A program made the position numbers and the translations under genes. From a virus (lineage: Duplodnaviria > Caudoviricetes), in IMG/VR virus record IMGVR_UViG_3300030118_007016, positions 1-60,809 of that record: a stretch of 60,809 nt of DNA; one strand, 5' to 3'. The notes under the pieces are model-generated. The model saw only the letters and a list, made by a program, of their open reading frames with translations, did no database searches and had not been told where the DNA came from. Of the stretch, positions 42,696 through 50,978 are shown piece by piece. Within the stretch, counting starts at the first letter, position 1. Each line of letters begins with the position of its first letter.

Positions 42696-43969
42696 TATTC
42701 AAAACTTATAACAGGCTCTTCTTCTTTTTGAGTTTCTACAGGAATGACAGCGTTTGCAAAAGCTTCATATTGTTTGTCTTCATCAAATTCTTTTTTAATC
42801 CAAGTTTTAAGTTTTTTAGCCATTTCTTCATATTTGCTATAGTCTTCATAAACGTTACTAACAACTTTTTTGAAACTACTTTCATCAGCATAGCACCACA
42901 TTGAGTCTGCCTGTAGCACCCCATCCCACACAGCCTCTTGTTGAATAGGACCAAGTGTATACTCCACCTCTGCAAACATCGGCTTTAAAACTGTTTGTGT
43001 TTTCTTTTTCGATCCTTTTTTTCTTTGCTTTTGGGGCATATTTAAAAAATCACATTGTCCACTCCAGTTAGTAGTAATAACTGGAAGTCCACAATAAGCC
43101 GATTCGAAAAGAGGAAGACCGTAGCCCTCACCGTGGCTCAAAGAAATAAAAGCTTTGATTTTTGGATGCGAATACAATCCAATCATCTCAGGGTCAGACA
43201 TATCCCCATGCAAAACGTATAACTTACATTGAACACCATCAGCAGCGAACTGAGAGACAAGGTTCTCAAACTGCATCTTGTCCATCGTTGAATTGTTTCT
43301 AAAAAAACCTTTTATTACAAGACCAACATTTGGGTTATCTTTGAAGTTTTCTACAAACCACTTAATTGTATTGCTAGCATTTTTTCTTGGACCCCATTGT
43401 GATACCATCAAAAAATTAAAATCTGTTTCCAAATCCAGCTTCAAAGACTTTTTCTTTGTTTTTTTTGCAGGATAATTTACAACAGTAATAGGAATATTTG
43501 ATTTCCTAACACTAGCTTCTCCAACCTTTTCATTATTAGCACGGTTATACACTGGATAGCTAGTATTTTCTAGTGTATTCTTTGAGTGCGAAGAGGTCAC
43601 GACAATCCTATCCATGGCGATACTTTTCTCAACCCATTGGGGAGATACTTTTGTTGTCTCAATTCCAGCGGTGTATCCAACATTTACAGGAGCTATTTTT
43701 TCCCACTCATTAGGTATAGTAACTTGTAAAGAAACATCAAACTTACCATCGCCCTGCATATGATGGAATGTTTTGCCTATTAAATAATCGACATAGTTTT
43801 TTTCTTCATCATATTGAGAAACCCATCCAGTTTGTCCCCAGTTGGTATTAATCAAATATAGATCGATCTTATCTTCTTGTCTTCTTAAAGAACGCAGTGC
43901 AAATCTTGCCTGTTCTCCATAACCAGATCTGCTCAACACTGGTCCTCTAATAACAACCTTTTTTTTCAT
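42695..43969 (-). CDS. Glycosyltransferase, GT4-like
   Basis: SGYG, RKN, EGYGLPLFESAYCGLPVITT. Confidence 0.88.
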   Translation of the reverse strand: MKKKVVIRGPVLSRSGYGEQARFALRSLRRQEDKIDLYLINTNWGQTGWVSQYDEEKNYVDYLIGKTFHHMQGDGKFDVSLQVTIPNEWEKIAPVNVGYTAGIETTKVSPQWVEKSIAMDRIVVTSSHSKNTLENTSYPVYNRANNEKVGEASVRKSNIPITVVNYPAKKTKKKSLKLDLETDFNFLMVSQWGPRKNASNTIKWFVENFKDNPNVGLVIKGFFRNNSTMDKMQFENLVSQFAADGVQCKLYVLHGDMSDPEMIGLYSHPKIKAFISLSHGEGYGLPLFESAYCGLPVITTNWSGQCDFLNMPQKQRKKGSKKKTQTVLKPMFAEVEYTLGPIQQEAVWDGVLQADSMWCYADESSFKKVVSNVYEDYSKYEEMAKKLKTWIKKEFDEDKQYEAFANAVIPVETQKEEEPVISFE

Positions 43970-43983
43970 TACGTTTCCTCTTT

Positions 43984-45240
43984 TTAATTAATCTTTTTGA
44001 ACGTCCATGGACTATACTGCTTTCTGGTTTCCCAAGAACCTCGCTCCTCATGTACTCTATCCAGCAAATCTACCCATTTTTGTTGATATTTTTCGTAAGA
44101 ATAGTTTGTGAGAACATGCTCTCTACCAGCTTTGCCAAGCGCTTCTCTTTCTTCTTTACTCATATTATACATTTCTCTCATGGCACTCATAAAATCTTCT
44201 TTACTAACCCTGTCCTCATAGATGTATGGCACCTGTTGGGATCCGATTATTGCTTTTGAGCAGGGCTGGATGCCAATACCAAACCAATTTTCTCCATCTG
44301 TGACTTGTTCTTGTAGTCCTCCGGTCATATTGACTACGATAGGAGTTCCACAAGACAGAGATTCTAGAGTAGCCAAGCCGAAGCCCTCTGCATCGGATAT
44401 ATTGATCGTGCAATCTGCAAGATTATACATCATCCCTAGTTGCTCAGGAGAAACTTTATTTGTTGATAGTCTAATTTGTCCATCCACGGCACCAAAATGT
44501 TGCATCAAGTGTTCTAGTGGCTGACCATATGGATCATTTGGATCAGTATGCATTAGCAAAACTACCTTATCTTTACCGACTTCATTAGCAAAATCATTAA
44601 ACCACTTTAATAAACTGCCACTTAGCTTTCTTCTTGCATTCCTATTATTCCAAAAGAATACAAATTTACCATCTAAATTTTGTTTTGTTTTTATTTCATC
44701 AATAGTATCTTGGTCGACCGGCTTAAAAAACTGTGGATCTACTGCATGGGGTAAATAAATATTTTCAACCTTGTCTGTAACTTCTGAAACTACCTCATGT
44801 GTAACTTTAGATATGGAAGCTATAACGTCAGTCGACTCATACCACCCTTTATTAAAAACAGGCGCTGGATGATTATCCCATACATGATAATACACCATTG
44901 GAACTTTGTCTCTAATCTCATTGTCCATTAACCAAAGCCATTCATAAAATCTAGGGTCCGTCATAAACCACAAGATATCGGGCTTTTGAGTGGACAATAT
45001 GGACCTGATTTGTTCTTGGGTGCCGTATCCATCGACTGGAAATATTGTCCAATCTCCATTTGATCCCTCAACTGTGATAGGATCATAAGTTGGATGCTTA
45101 ACTGCTCCTCCTAGAGATATAACCTGATATCTGCCTGTTTTTAGCAATGCATCAATCATGTTTTTTGTTTGATTTGCTACTCCGGATGGAGACAACGGGT
45201 GGTCGCTAAGTGTCAAAACTTTAATTTTTTTATCTGTCAT
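43984..45240 (-). CDS. Glycosyltransferase, GT4-like
   Basis: SGVA, PHAVD, RNARRK, EGFGLATLESLSCGTP. Probable start MTDKK (ATGA overlap). Confidence 0.88.
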   Translation of the reverse strand: MTDKKIKVLTLSDHPLSPSGVANQTKNMIDALLKTGRYQVISLGGAVKHPTYDPITVEGSNGDWTIFPVDGYGTQEQIRSILSTQKPDILWFMTDPRFYEWLWLMDNEIRDKVPMVYYHVWDNHPAPVFNKGWYESTDVIASISKVTHEVVSEVTDKVENIYLPHAVDPQFFKPVDQDTIDEIKTKQNLDGKFVFFWNNRNARRKLSGSLLKWFNDFANEVGKDKVVLLMHTDPNDPYGQPLEHLMQHFGAVDGQIRLSTNKVSPEQLGMMYNLADCTINISDAEGFGLATLESLSCGTPIVVNMTGGLQEQVTDGENWFGIGIQPCSKAIIGSQQVPYIYEDRVSKEDFMSAMREMYNMSKEEREALGKAGREHVLTNYSYEKYQQKWVDLLDRVHEERGSWETRKQYSPWTFKKIN

Positions 45241-46010
45241 TTGCAATGTTCCGTTTTATGAAATTCACACTTGCGGCATGCAAGCCTGTTTTTTATGAAG
45301 TTTTTCTTCTCAATATTGTAAATCGCTTTTTCAAGAAATTTAAGTGCATTTTCAGTTTTTCTTGGACCACTTGTGACTCGAAATATTTCAACTCTTTCTT
45401 TTTTAGCTGTTCTTTTAAGCAGTGCGAAGTGAGTTTCTATCATCTTAGGGTCTACATTGTGCTTTTTAGCCCAATAATGCTTGTAAAAAGTCAACTGGTA
45501 GGTCATCATTGGGTCAGATTTCTTGCGAGCATCCCATCCCCAAGAGCATGTTTTCCAATCGATGATATGTGTCTTGCCATCAGAGGTCTCGATAACCAAA
45601 TCAATGAAGCCTTTGAACTTATTTTTCTCTTCACAAGGGAAATCTTCGATGATTTCCATCAAATCCTCTTCAGCAGCGAGGACTTTATACTCTCCAAAGT
45701 GCTCTTTCATGGCAGGAAGCACTTCTTCGAGGATCAATGGACCTTGATTTTCCATGGAAGTAACCAATTTTTCGTCTTTTTTAACATTTTTGGGCAAATT
45801 TTCAAGACTTTCTTTGAATTTTAGGTCAAAAAACGATTTTTTATCGTCCAAACCCTCAGTCATCATCTTTTCGCAGGTATCGTGGATAGCATTACCAAAA
45901 GCAGTGAAAGCATTGCCTTCAAAGCCTTTTACCTTGTCTATGTTCATTAATTTGTGATAAAAAGGACAAAAATCCCAGTTTTTTGCCTCAGAAAAGCTAA
46001 TATGACCCAT
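45237..46010 (-). CDS. Cas4-like PD-(D/E)XK nuclease
   Basis: CPF near the N-terminus, H, GFIDL, IIDWKT, QL..Y, and C-terminal CxxC....C (four-Cys Fe-S pattern). Confidence 0.85.
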   Translation of the reverse strand: MGHISFSEAKNWDFCPFYHKLMNIDKVKGFEGNAFTAFGNAIHDTCEKMMTEGLDDKKSFFDLKFKESLENLPKNVKKDEKLVTSMENQGPLILEEVLPAMKEHFGEYKVLAAEEDLMEIIEDFPCEEKNKFKGFIDLVIETSDGKTHIIDWKTCSWGWDARKKSDPMMTYQLTFYKHYWAKKHNVDPKMIETHFALLKRTAKKERVEIFRVTSGPRKTENALKFLEKAIYNIEKKNFIKNRLACRKCEFHKTEHCK

Positions 46011-46012
46011 TT

Positions 46013-46708
46013 TTACTCCATATCTGCTAAAGTTTCAATCCTATTATACAGTATGGGGCTAATGTTTGCAAGTATTTTTAAATCTTTGTATAGAAAATAT
46101 GCCTCAAAACCTCTGGCAAAGTATTCTCTGAGAGATGTAGCTGCATATGGTGAGTAAAACAATCCGTTAACATAAGAACTTAAACTTGGGTATCCTATAT
46201 CCATGTAAAGATATTCGTCAAAACTCTCGTCATAGTCCGGATTTCTAAAGAAATCAATGCTAACAACAGGTTCATCATATGCCATCAATATCTGGAAAAG
46301 TTTTTCTCTTTTTCCGAGAAACTCAGCTTCAACCCTTCCATCGCCGTAAATTTCATCATAATATTTTTCCTCCACTGCATGTGCAATCTCGTGAATAATA
46401 TCATCAGCCATATCCATAGCGTTGTCTTGTACATTAATAATGTAAATCGCACCATTTTCATATGCTGCGTTAGCTTGTCTTTCTTGAAAAAAAGAAAAGT
46501 CCCCAACATAGATTACATCTACATTAGAGACAAGGAAGGAAGGAAGTGAATTTTGTACTATTTTTATTACATCTTGTAGGCTGCTTTTGCCGTCTGTAAA
46601 GATTAGTTCATCTTTTATATAAACAGGTATTTTAGAACCAAATAAACTGTGGTGATTCATAGACTTAGATTTTTTTAAGCTTTCCCTTATGTAATCACTC
46701 TTGCTCAT
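46013..46708 (-). CDS. Zinc metalloprotease, lethal-factor/PPEP-like HExxH family
   Basis: IIHEIAHAVE ... PYAATSLREYFARGF ... SPILYNRI. Probable start MSKSDY at 46708. Confidence 0.6.
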   Translation of the reverse strand: MSKSDYIRESLKKSKSMNHHSLFGSKIPVYIKDELIFTDGKSSLQDVIKIVQNSLPSFLVSNVDVIYVGDFSFFQERQANAAYENGAIYIINVQDNAMDMADDIIHEIAHAVEEKYYDEIYGDGRVEAEFLGKREKLFQILMAYDEPVVSIDFFRNPDYDESFDEYLYMDIGYPSLSSYVNGLFYSPYAATSLREYFARGFEAYFLYKDLKILANISPILYNRIETLADME

Positions 46709-46994
46709 TTTTTTCTTGTTCTTCTTCCCATGCTTTGCGACCAACTTCTACATCGCTAAGAGCCTGTTGATAACCTCTAATAAAGTTTTCTTCCGCAACA
46801 GCCAGAACAAACTCTGGGAATTCATCGGCTAGTTGTTCAACAATCATCTCTACTGTTACGTTGTCTCCATCTGGAGTTTGTTTTTCACCGACATAGTTGA
46901 CAAGCATTTTCTTCAACTCGTTAGTTGACTCGACAACTTCATCAAGAACTTCATTTGCATCTTCTACTTCTGTATTTTTAAACTCGATATCCAT
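46695..46994 (-). CDS. Hypothetical acidic protein
   Basis: Start MDIEFK at 46994 with GGAGA SD. The upstream extension in the ORF track overlaps a tRNA. Confidence 0.7.
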   Translation of the reverse strand: MDIEFKNTEVEDANEVLDEVVESTNELKKMLVNYVGEKQTPDGDNVTVEMIVEQLADEFPEFVLAVAEENFIRGYQQALSDVEVGRKAWEEEQEKNEQE

Positions 46995-47008
46995 TATTTC
47001 TCCATATT

Positions 47009-47084
47009 TGGTGGACCCACTCGGACTCGAACCGAGAACCTGCCGGTTATGAGCCGGATGCTCTAACCATTGAGCTATAGGTCC
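47009..47084 (-). tRNA. tRNA with CAT anticodon, most likely tRNA-Ile2 (lysidine, reads AUA)
   Basis: GGACCTATAGCTCAATGGTTAGAGCATCCGGCTCATAACCGGCAGGTTCTCGGTTCGAGTCCGAGTGGGTCCACCA. Full cloverleaf with encoded CCA; the GGACC acceptor resembles bacterial Ile2 tRNAs. Confidence 0.9.
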
Positions 47085-47094
47085 AATATAGATT

Positions 47095-47123
47095 AATATA
47101 GCGCAATATTTAAGTTGTGTCAA
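47095..47123 (-). promoter_or_regulatory. Sigma70-type promoter TTGACA-17-TATATT
   Basis: -35 at 47118-47123 and -10 at 47095-47100, immediately upstream of the tRNA and the nuclease/glycosylation operon. Confidence 0.75.
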
Positions 47124-47131
47124 TAAAAAAG

Positions 47132-48439
47132 TTATAAAATCTTTGCTGCTAGAGTTGCAACTTTTGATCTTTCACCTTTTTGGAGGGTAATATGACCTGA
47201 TATATCATGTTCTTTAAACTTTTCAACAGCATAAGTTAAGCCATTGGAAGTTTCATCAATATAAATGTTGTCGATTTGCTCGATATCACCAGTAAGAATT
47301 ATTTTTGTTCCTTCACCAACACGAGTGAGAATGGTTTTGAGTTCATGTCTTGTAAGGTTTTGGGCTTCGTCAATAATAATGAATGCATTAGTGATTGATC
47401 TACCACGAATGTAGGTGATCGCTTCAATCTCAATAACGCCGCTTTCAAAATACATTTTTACAGTATCTCGATCATTGCCCATCAAAAATTCTAGATTATC
47501 TTTAATGGGCATCAGCCAAGGGTCCATTTTTTCTTCAAGTGTTCCGGGCAAATATCCAATATCATTTCCTAATGGCTGAATGGGTCTAGAAACAATCAGT
47601 TTTTTATATTCGGATTCCTCACCTAATACCTGCTCCAGTCCCGCCGCTACTGCTAATAAAGTTTTGCCAGAGCCAGCCTGACCAATCAATGAAACAACCT
47701 CAACGTCTGGGTCCATTAATAAATCTAGAGCGAATGTTTGTTCTTTGTTTCTTGCATCGATTCCCCACACAGTATCTGTATTATACATTTTCATGAGCGG
47801 ATCATTGTAGCTGAAAAATCTAGCTAGCGCTGTCTTTTTGTCGTTTGAGTTAGATACAAGCATGACATATTGGTTTGAAAACAATTTAATCTCATCTTTA
47901 TCTGCGTAGATCTTCTCTCCAGAATAAAAAGAGTCAACAACTTGTTCATCTACAAGGTATTTTGTAAGACCTGTAAAAACTTCATCTTTATTTTCAACTG
48001 TGTCGTGGGCGATATAATCTTCACACAAAAGACCAAGCGAGTCACATTTGACACGCATATTAATATCTTGCGAGACAACAATAACTTTTTTTCTTTTATA
48101 TTTTGCTTTTTCGGTGAGAGCAGTAGCTATGATTTGATTATCTGGCACACTTAAGTCAAAATCGTGAGGGAGACCTTCCGTTTCATAGTGTTGTACAAAA
48201 AGCTTCCCTTTGCCTTCTCCTAATGAAACACCTTTGAAAAGACTACCCTTTGTCCTGTATACATCTAGAATACGAATGACATAACGAGCATTAAAACCTG
48301 CCCCGTCTTGTCTAGCTTTGTTTTTATCTATTTCATCTAAGACTTTAAGTGGGATGACAATATCGTTTTCTTCAAACTGCTTTAAACAGTTGGGATCAGA
48401 TAGAAAGACACAAGTGTCTAGAACAAATATTTTTTTCAC
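47132..48439 (-). CDS. phoH: PIN-domain PhoH-family ATPase (PhoH2/YlaK type)
   Basis: VLDTCV...D (PIN). GQAGSGKT, GYLPG..EEKM, YIRGRS, DEAQN, TRVG, GDIEQID. Confidence 0.92.
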   Translation of the reverse strand: MKKIFVLDTCVFLSDPNCLKQFEENDIVIPLKVLDEIDKNKARQDGAGFNARYVIRILDVYRTKGSLFKGVSLGEGKGKLFVQHYETEGLPHDFDLSVPDNQIIATALTEKAKYKRKKVIVVSQDINMRVKCDSLGLLCEDYIAHDTVENKDEVFTGLTKYLVDEQVVDSFYSGEKIYADKDEIKLFSNQYVMLVSNSNDKKTALARFFSYNDPLMKMYNTDTVWGIDARNKEQTFALDLLMDPDVEVVSLIGQAGSGKTLLAVAAGLEQVLGEESEYKKLIVSRPIQPLGNDIGYLPGTLEEKMDPWLMPIKDNLEFLMGNDRDTVKMYFESGVIEIEAITYIRGRSITNAFIIIDEAQNLTRHELKTILTRVGEGTKIILTGDIEQIDNIYIDETSNGLTYAVEKFKEHDISGHITLQKGERSKVATLAAKIL

Positions 48440-48497
48440 AGGGTTACCTCGTGTTATAAATACTACCAGAAAATATTAAAGTTTAAACTTTTTTTAA

Positions 48498-48505
48498 ACT
48501 ACTTA
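48498..48505 (+). promoter_or_regulatory. Putative late promoter ACTACTTA, 4 nt before ATG
   Basis: ACTACTTA-AAGT-ATG, no SD. Confidence 0.5.
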
Positions 48506-48509
48506 AAGT

Positions 48510-49337
48510 ATGCGACAAAGACTCAAAATCATATTAACATTACTTCTACTTAGTCTTTCAGTACTTTCTTGTGCCACTTCTAATCTTGACTTTCAAAGAG
48601 GTGCGAGAGATACATTTGTTAAAATAAAACAAAACGTAGCAATTACTGTTTGTAACCCAGAGGATCCTAAAGAATGCCTAACAAAAACAAGTAGATCAAC
48701 TGGATCTGGCGCTGTTGTTATGAGAACTGATGAAGGATCTTATGTTTTAACTGCTGGTCATGTTTGTTCTTTTGAAAAAGAAATGCAGTTAGCATCAGAA
48801 TTTGCTGGTTCAAAAGTATTAGTGCAAATGAGATCAGTTAATCTTAATCTTGGGGAATATGTATCTGATATTATTAGCATGGATAATACTATAGACACTT
48901 GCTTACTGTTTGCTCGCAACCTTTATACAACCAAAGTAGCAAAAATAGCACCATACTCTAGATCTCTAGAAGAAGGTGAGAGGGTTTACAATGTAGCTGC
49001 CCCTGTTGGCATTTTCTATAAAGATGTGGTTCCTCTCTTGGAGGGATTCTTTATGGGCAATAGAGACACTAGAGCATATTATTCTGTGCCTGCAATGGGC
49101 GGTAGTTCTGGTTCTCCTATATTTAATAAACACAATGAAATCGTTGGTATGATTCACTCGGTCAATGTATATTTCCCAGTTGTGTCAGTTTCTCCACCAC
49201 TTAAAGAGCTTAGAGCTTTTATCGTCAATGGTATAAGGAAGAATGAGAGATTGAGACTTGGAGAGAAAAAAGACAGAGTTATTGAGCCCTTTTGGAAAGG
49301 CTTGGGTCTATCTGATATGAGTGATAATAGTCTTTAG
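48510..49337 (+). CDS. Trypsin-like serine protease, putative lipoprotein
   Basis: Signal peptide with VLSC lipobox. TGSG, LTAGHV, D, GGSSGSP catalytic motifs. Confidence 0.85.
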   Translation: MRQRLKIILTLLLLSLSVLSCATSNLDFQRGARDTFVKIKQNVAITVCNPEDPKECLTKTSRSTGSGAVVMRTDEGSYVLTAGHVCSFEKEMQLASEFAGSKVLVQMRSVNLNLGEYVSDIISMDNTIDTCLLFARNLYTTKVAKIAPYSRSLEEGERVYNVAAPVGIFYKDVVPLLEGFFMGNRDTRAYYSVPAMGGSSGSPIFNKHNEIVGMIHSVNVYFPVVSVSPPLKELRAFIVNGIRKNERLRLGEKKDRVIEPFWKGLGLSDMSDNSL

Positions 49338-49420
49338 TATCGGGAGGGGGACTTGAACCCCCACGCTCAAAGAGCAACAGATTTTAAGTCTGTCGTGTCT
49401 ACCTATTCCACCACCCCGAC
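49338..49420 (-). tRNA. tRNA-Leu(TAA)
   Basis: GTCGGGGTGGTGGAATAGGTAGACACGACAGACTTAAAATCTGT...GGGGGTTCAAGTCCCCCTCCCGATA. Long variable arm; followed by CTA rather than CCA. Confidence 0.92.
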
Positions 49421-49423
49421 ATA

Positions 49424-49882
49424 TTATATAAGCTTATCTATTTCTTTGTTTGCATGATTAATTATAGATTTTTGAGCAGCCACTAACATATCACTATCTA
49501 TATCTTTTGCAGTGTCTCCCAAATCAAAAATAGGCTTTATACCAAGATAGCCACACACCTGTAGCTCTTCCTTGGGAAGAGATAGGCTAGTTGCAGATCC
49601 GCCGTTACCAAAATATGTCGGTCTTACTTCAAACAAGGCGAAAACCGCATCTCCCTCAGAGTCATCAAAAGAAATCACTTCAGATACATGCTCACATGCT
49701 TCTAACAAATCTTTTCTAGTTTCAAAATCAAACAAAAGATGACCCTTGTTTTTCACAACCCATTCATCACTATTTAAAGCTACAATTACTTTGCCGTATT
49801 TACTGGCAGCTTTGAAAAGTAATAAATGACCAACATGGAGGGGGTTAAACGCTCCGCTTACTAGGATTGTTTTTTCGCTCAT
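49424..49882 (-). CDS. HxGH cytidylyl/adenylyltransferase
   Basis: SGAFNPLHVGH...VIVALNSD....KG (TagD/RfaE-II-like). Confidence 0.85.
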   Translation of the reverse strand: MSEKTILVSGAFNPLHVGHLLLFKAASKYGKVIVALNSDEWVVKNKGHLLFDFETRKDLLEACEHVSEVISFDDSEGDAVFALFEVRPTYFGNGGSATSLSLPKEELQVCGYLGIKPIFDLGDTAKDIDSDMLVAAQKSIINHANKEIDKLI

Positions 49883-50505
49883 GGGATAATAATATCATCA
49901 ACAAGACCATATTTTAAGCATGTCTTGGCATCCCACCATAAATCTCTTTTAAGAATATCTTTGATTTTTGATTTAGGTATTTTAGTGTGCTCTTCGTAGA
50001 TTCCGATGATCTTTTTCATCAACAACTCATTGTTTTTCATATCATCTTTCATCTCTTCAAACTTTCCCCACATGCCTGATGAAAGCTGGTGGATTAACAT
50101 AAAAGCGTGTTCGTGCATCAATCTCTCTTCAGCTACGACACTCATAATCGTAGCAGCAGATGCGGCGCAACCATCAATAATAGATACAACAGGGACTGGG
50201 CAGTTTTTAATATAATCTACTGATCCGAAACCCGAAAAAACAGAGCCTCCATAAGAATTAATATGTATATTCAATTTTGGAGGACACTCAAGCTTGTAAA
50301 GTTGCTGTATGTTGTAGAGTTTTTGTCCTGTTGAATAAATAAGCTTATTTAAAGTGAGATTGTCCTGCCTAGTTACACCAGAATAAAAATAAATTTTATT
50401 GTACTCTACAGAGACTCTGCTATCATCTGATGATCCAGCCATCATTGTTGGTCCCTCATTTTCTTCGCTTTCATCTTCTGCTTCTAAATGCCAGTATTTT
50501 CTCAT
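49879..50505 (-). CDS. clpP: ClpP-like protease
   Basis: HINSYGGSV, AASAAT (Ser), LIHQLS (His), RDLWWDA, YGLVD. Confidence 0.88.
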   Translation of the reverse strand: MRKYWHLEAEDESEENEGPTMMAGSSDDSRVSVEYNKIYFYSGVTRQDNLTLNKLIYSTGQKLYNIQQLYKLECPPKLNIHINSYGGSVFSGFGSVDYIKNCPVPVVSIIDGCAASAATIMSVVAEERLMHEHAFMLIHQLSSGMWGKFEEMKDDMKNNELLMKKIIGIYEEHTKIPKSKIKDILKRDLWWDAKTCLKYGLVDDIIIP

Positions 50506-50536
50506 TAAAACCTCTGTAGTTATAAAAAATATTTAG

Positions 50537-50610
<74 letters not shown>

Positions 50611-50958
50611 TCATAATTCTTTTATCAAATGATCCCCAGCCGCTCTCATATCAGTTTCCAACTTGTGTAGATAGGCAGCGACTAGTATGAATCTAGACAC
50701 AAAACTTATTTCTTTTTTTGACAAAATAGTGCTAAACTCTTTACCATCTTTGTTTTTATGCAAAAAAACATAGTTAAAAACATATTGCTCTGTTTGAATA
50801 CCAACTTTTTTGGCTAGGTCTTCATAGGATGGATGACACGACTTACACTCTTTGACCCATACATTTGAATTTTTTCTAGTTTGTGAATAGTCTTGTGCTT
50901 GAACAGCAAAAGGAGTGAATACAAAAAGAATACAAATATATTTTAAAATGTTTTTCAT
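50611..50958 (-). CDS. Secreted protein with CxxCH motif (putative c-type cytochrome)
   Basis: Signal peptide ending AVQA; CKSCH; C-terminal [13 protein letters not shown] resembles the class I cytochrome c terminal helix. Confidence 0.55.
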   Translation of the reverse strand: MKNILKYICILFVFTPFAVQAQDYSQTRKNSNVWVKECKSCHPSYEDLAKKVGIQTEQYVFNYVFLHKNKDGKEFSTILSKKEISFVSRFILVAAYLHKLETDMRAAGDHLIKEL

Positions 50959-50978
50959 GGAAACATTATAGCTTATAT

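Noticed and set aside
32127-45240. Cellular O-antigen or capsule locus (bacterial chromosome or prophage cargo)
   Set aside because: No flippase, polymerase or export genes, and the operon is continuous with phage sigma and baseplate genes.
45246-45824. 192-aa antisense ORF over the Cas4-like gene
   Set aside because: F/I-rich translation typical of the reverse strand of an AT-rich gene; no supporting signals.
46995-47123. N-terminal extension of ORF 46695-47123
   Set aside because: It runs through the tRNA and its promoter; a better start with an SD lies at 46994.
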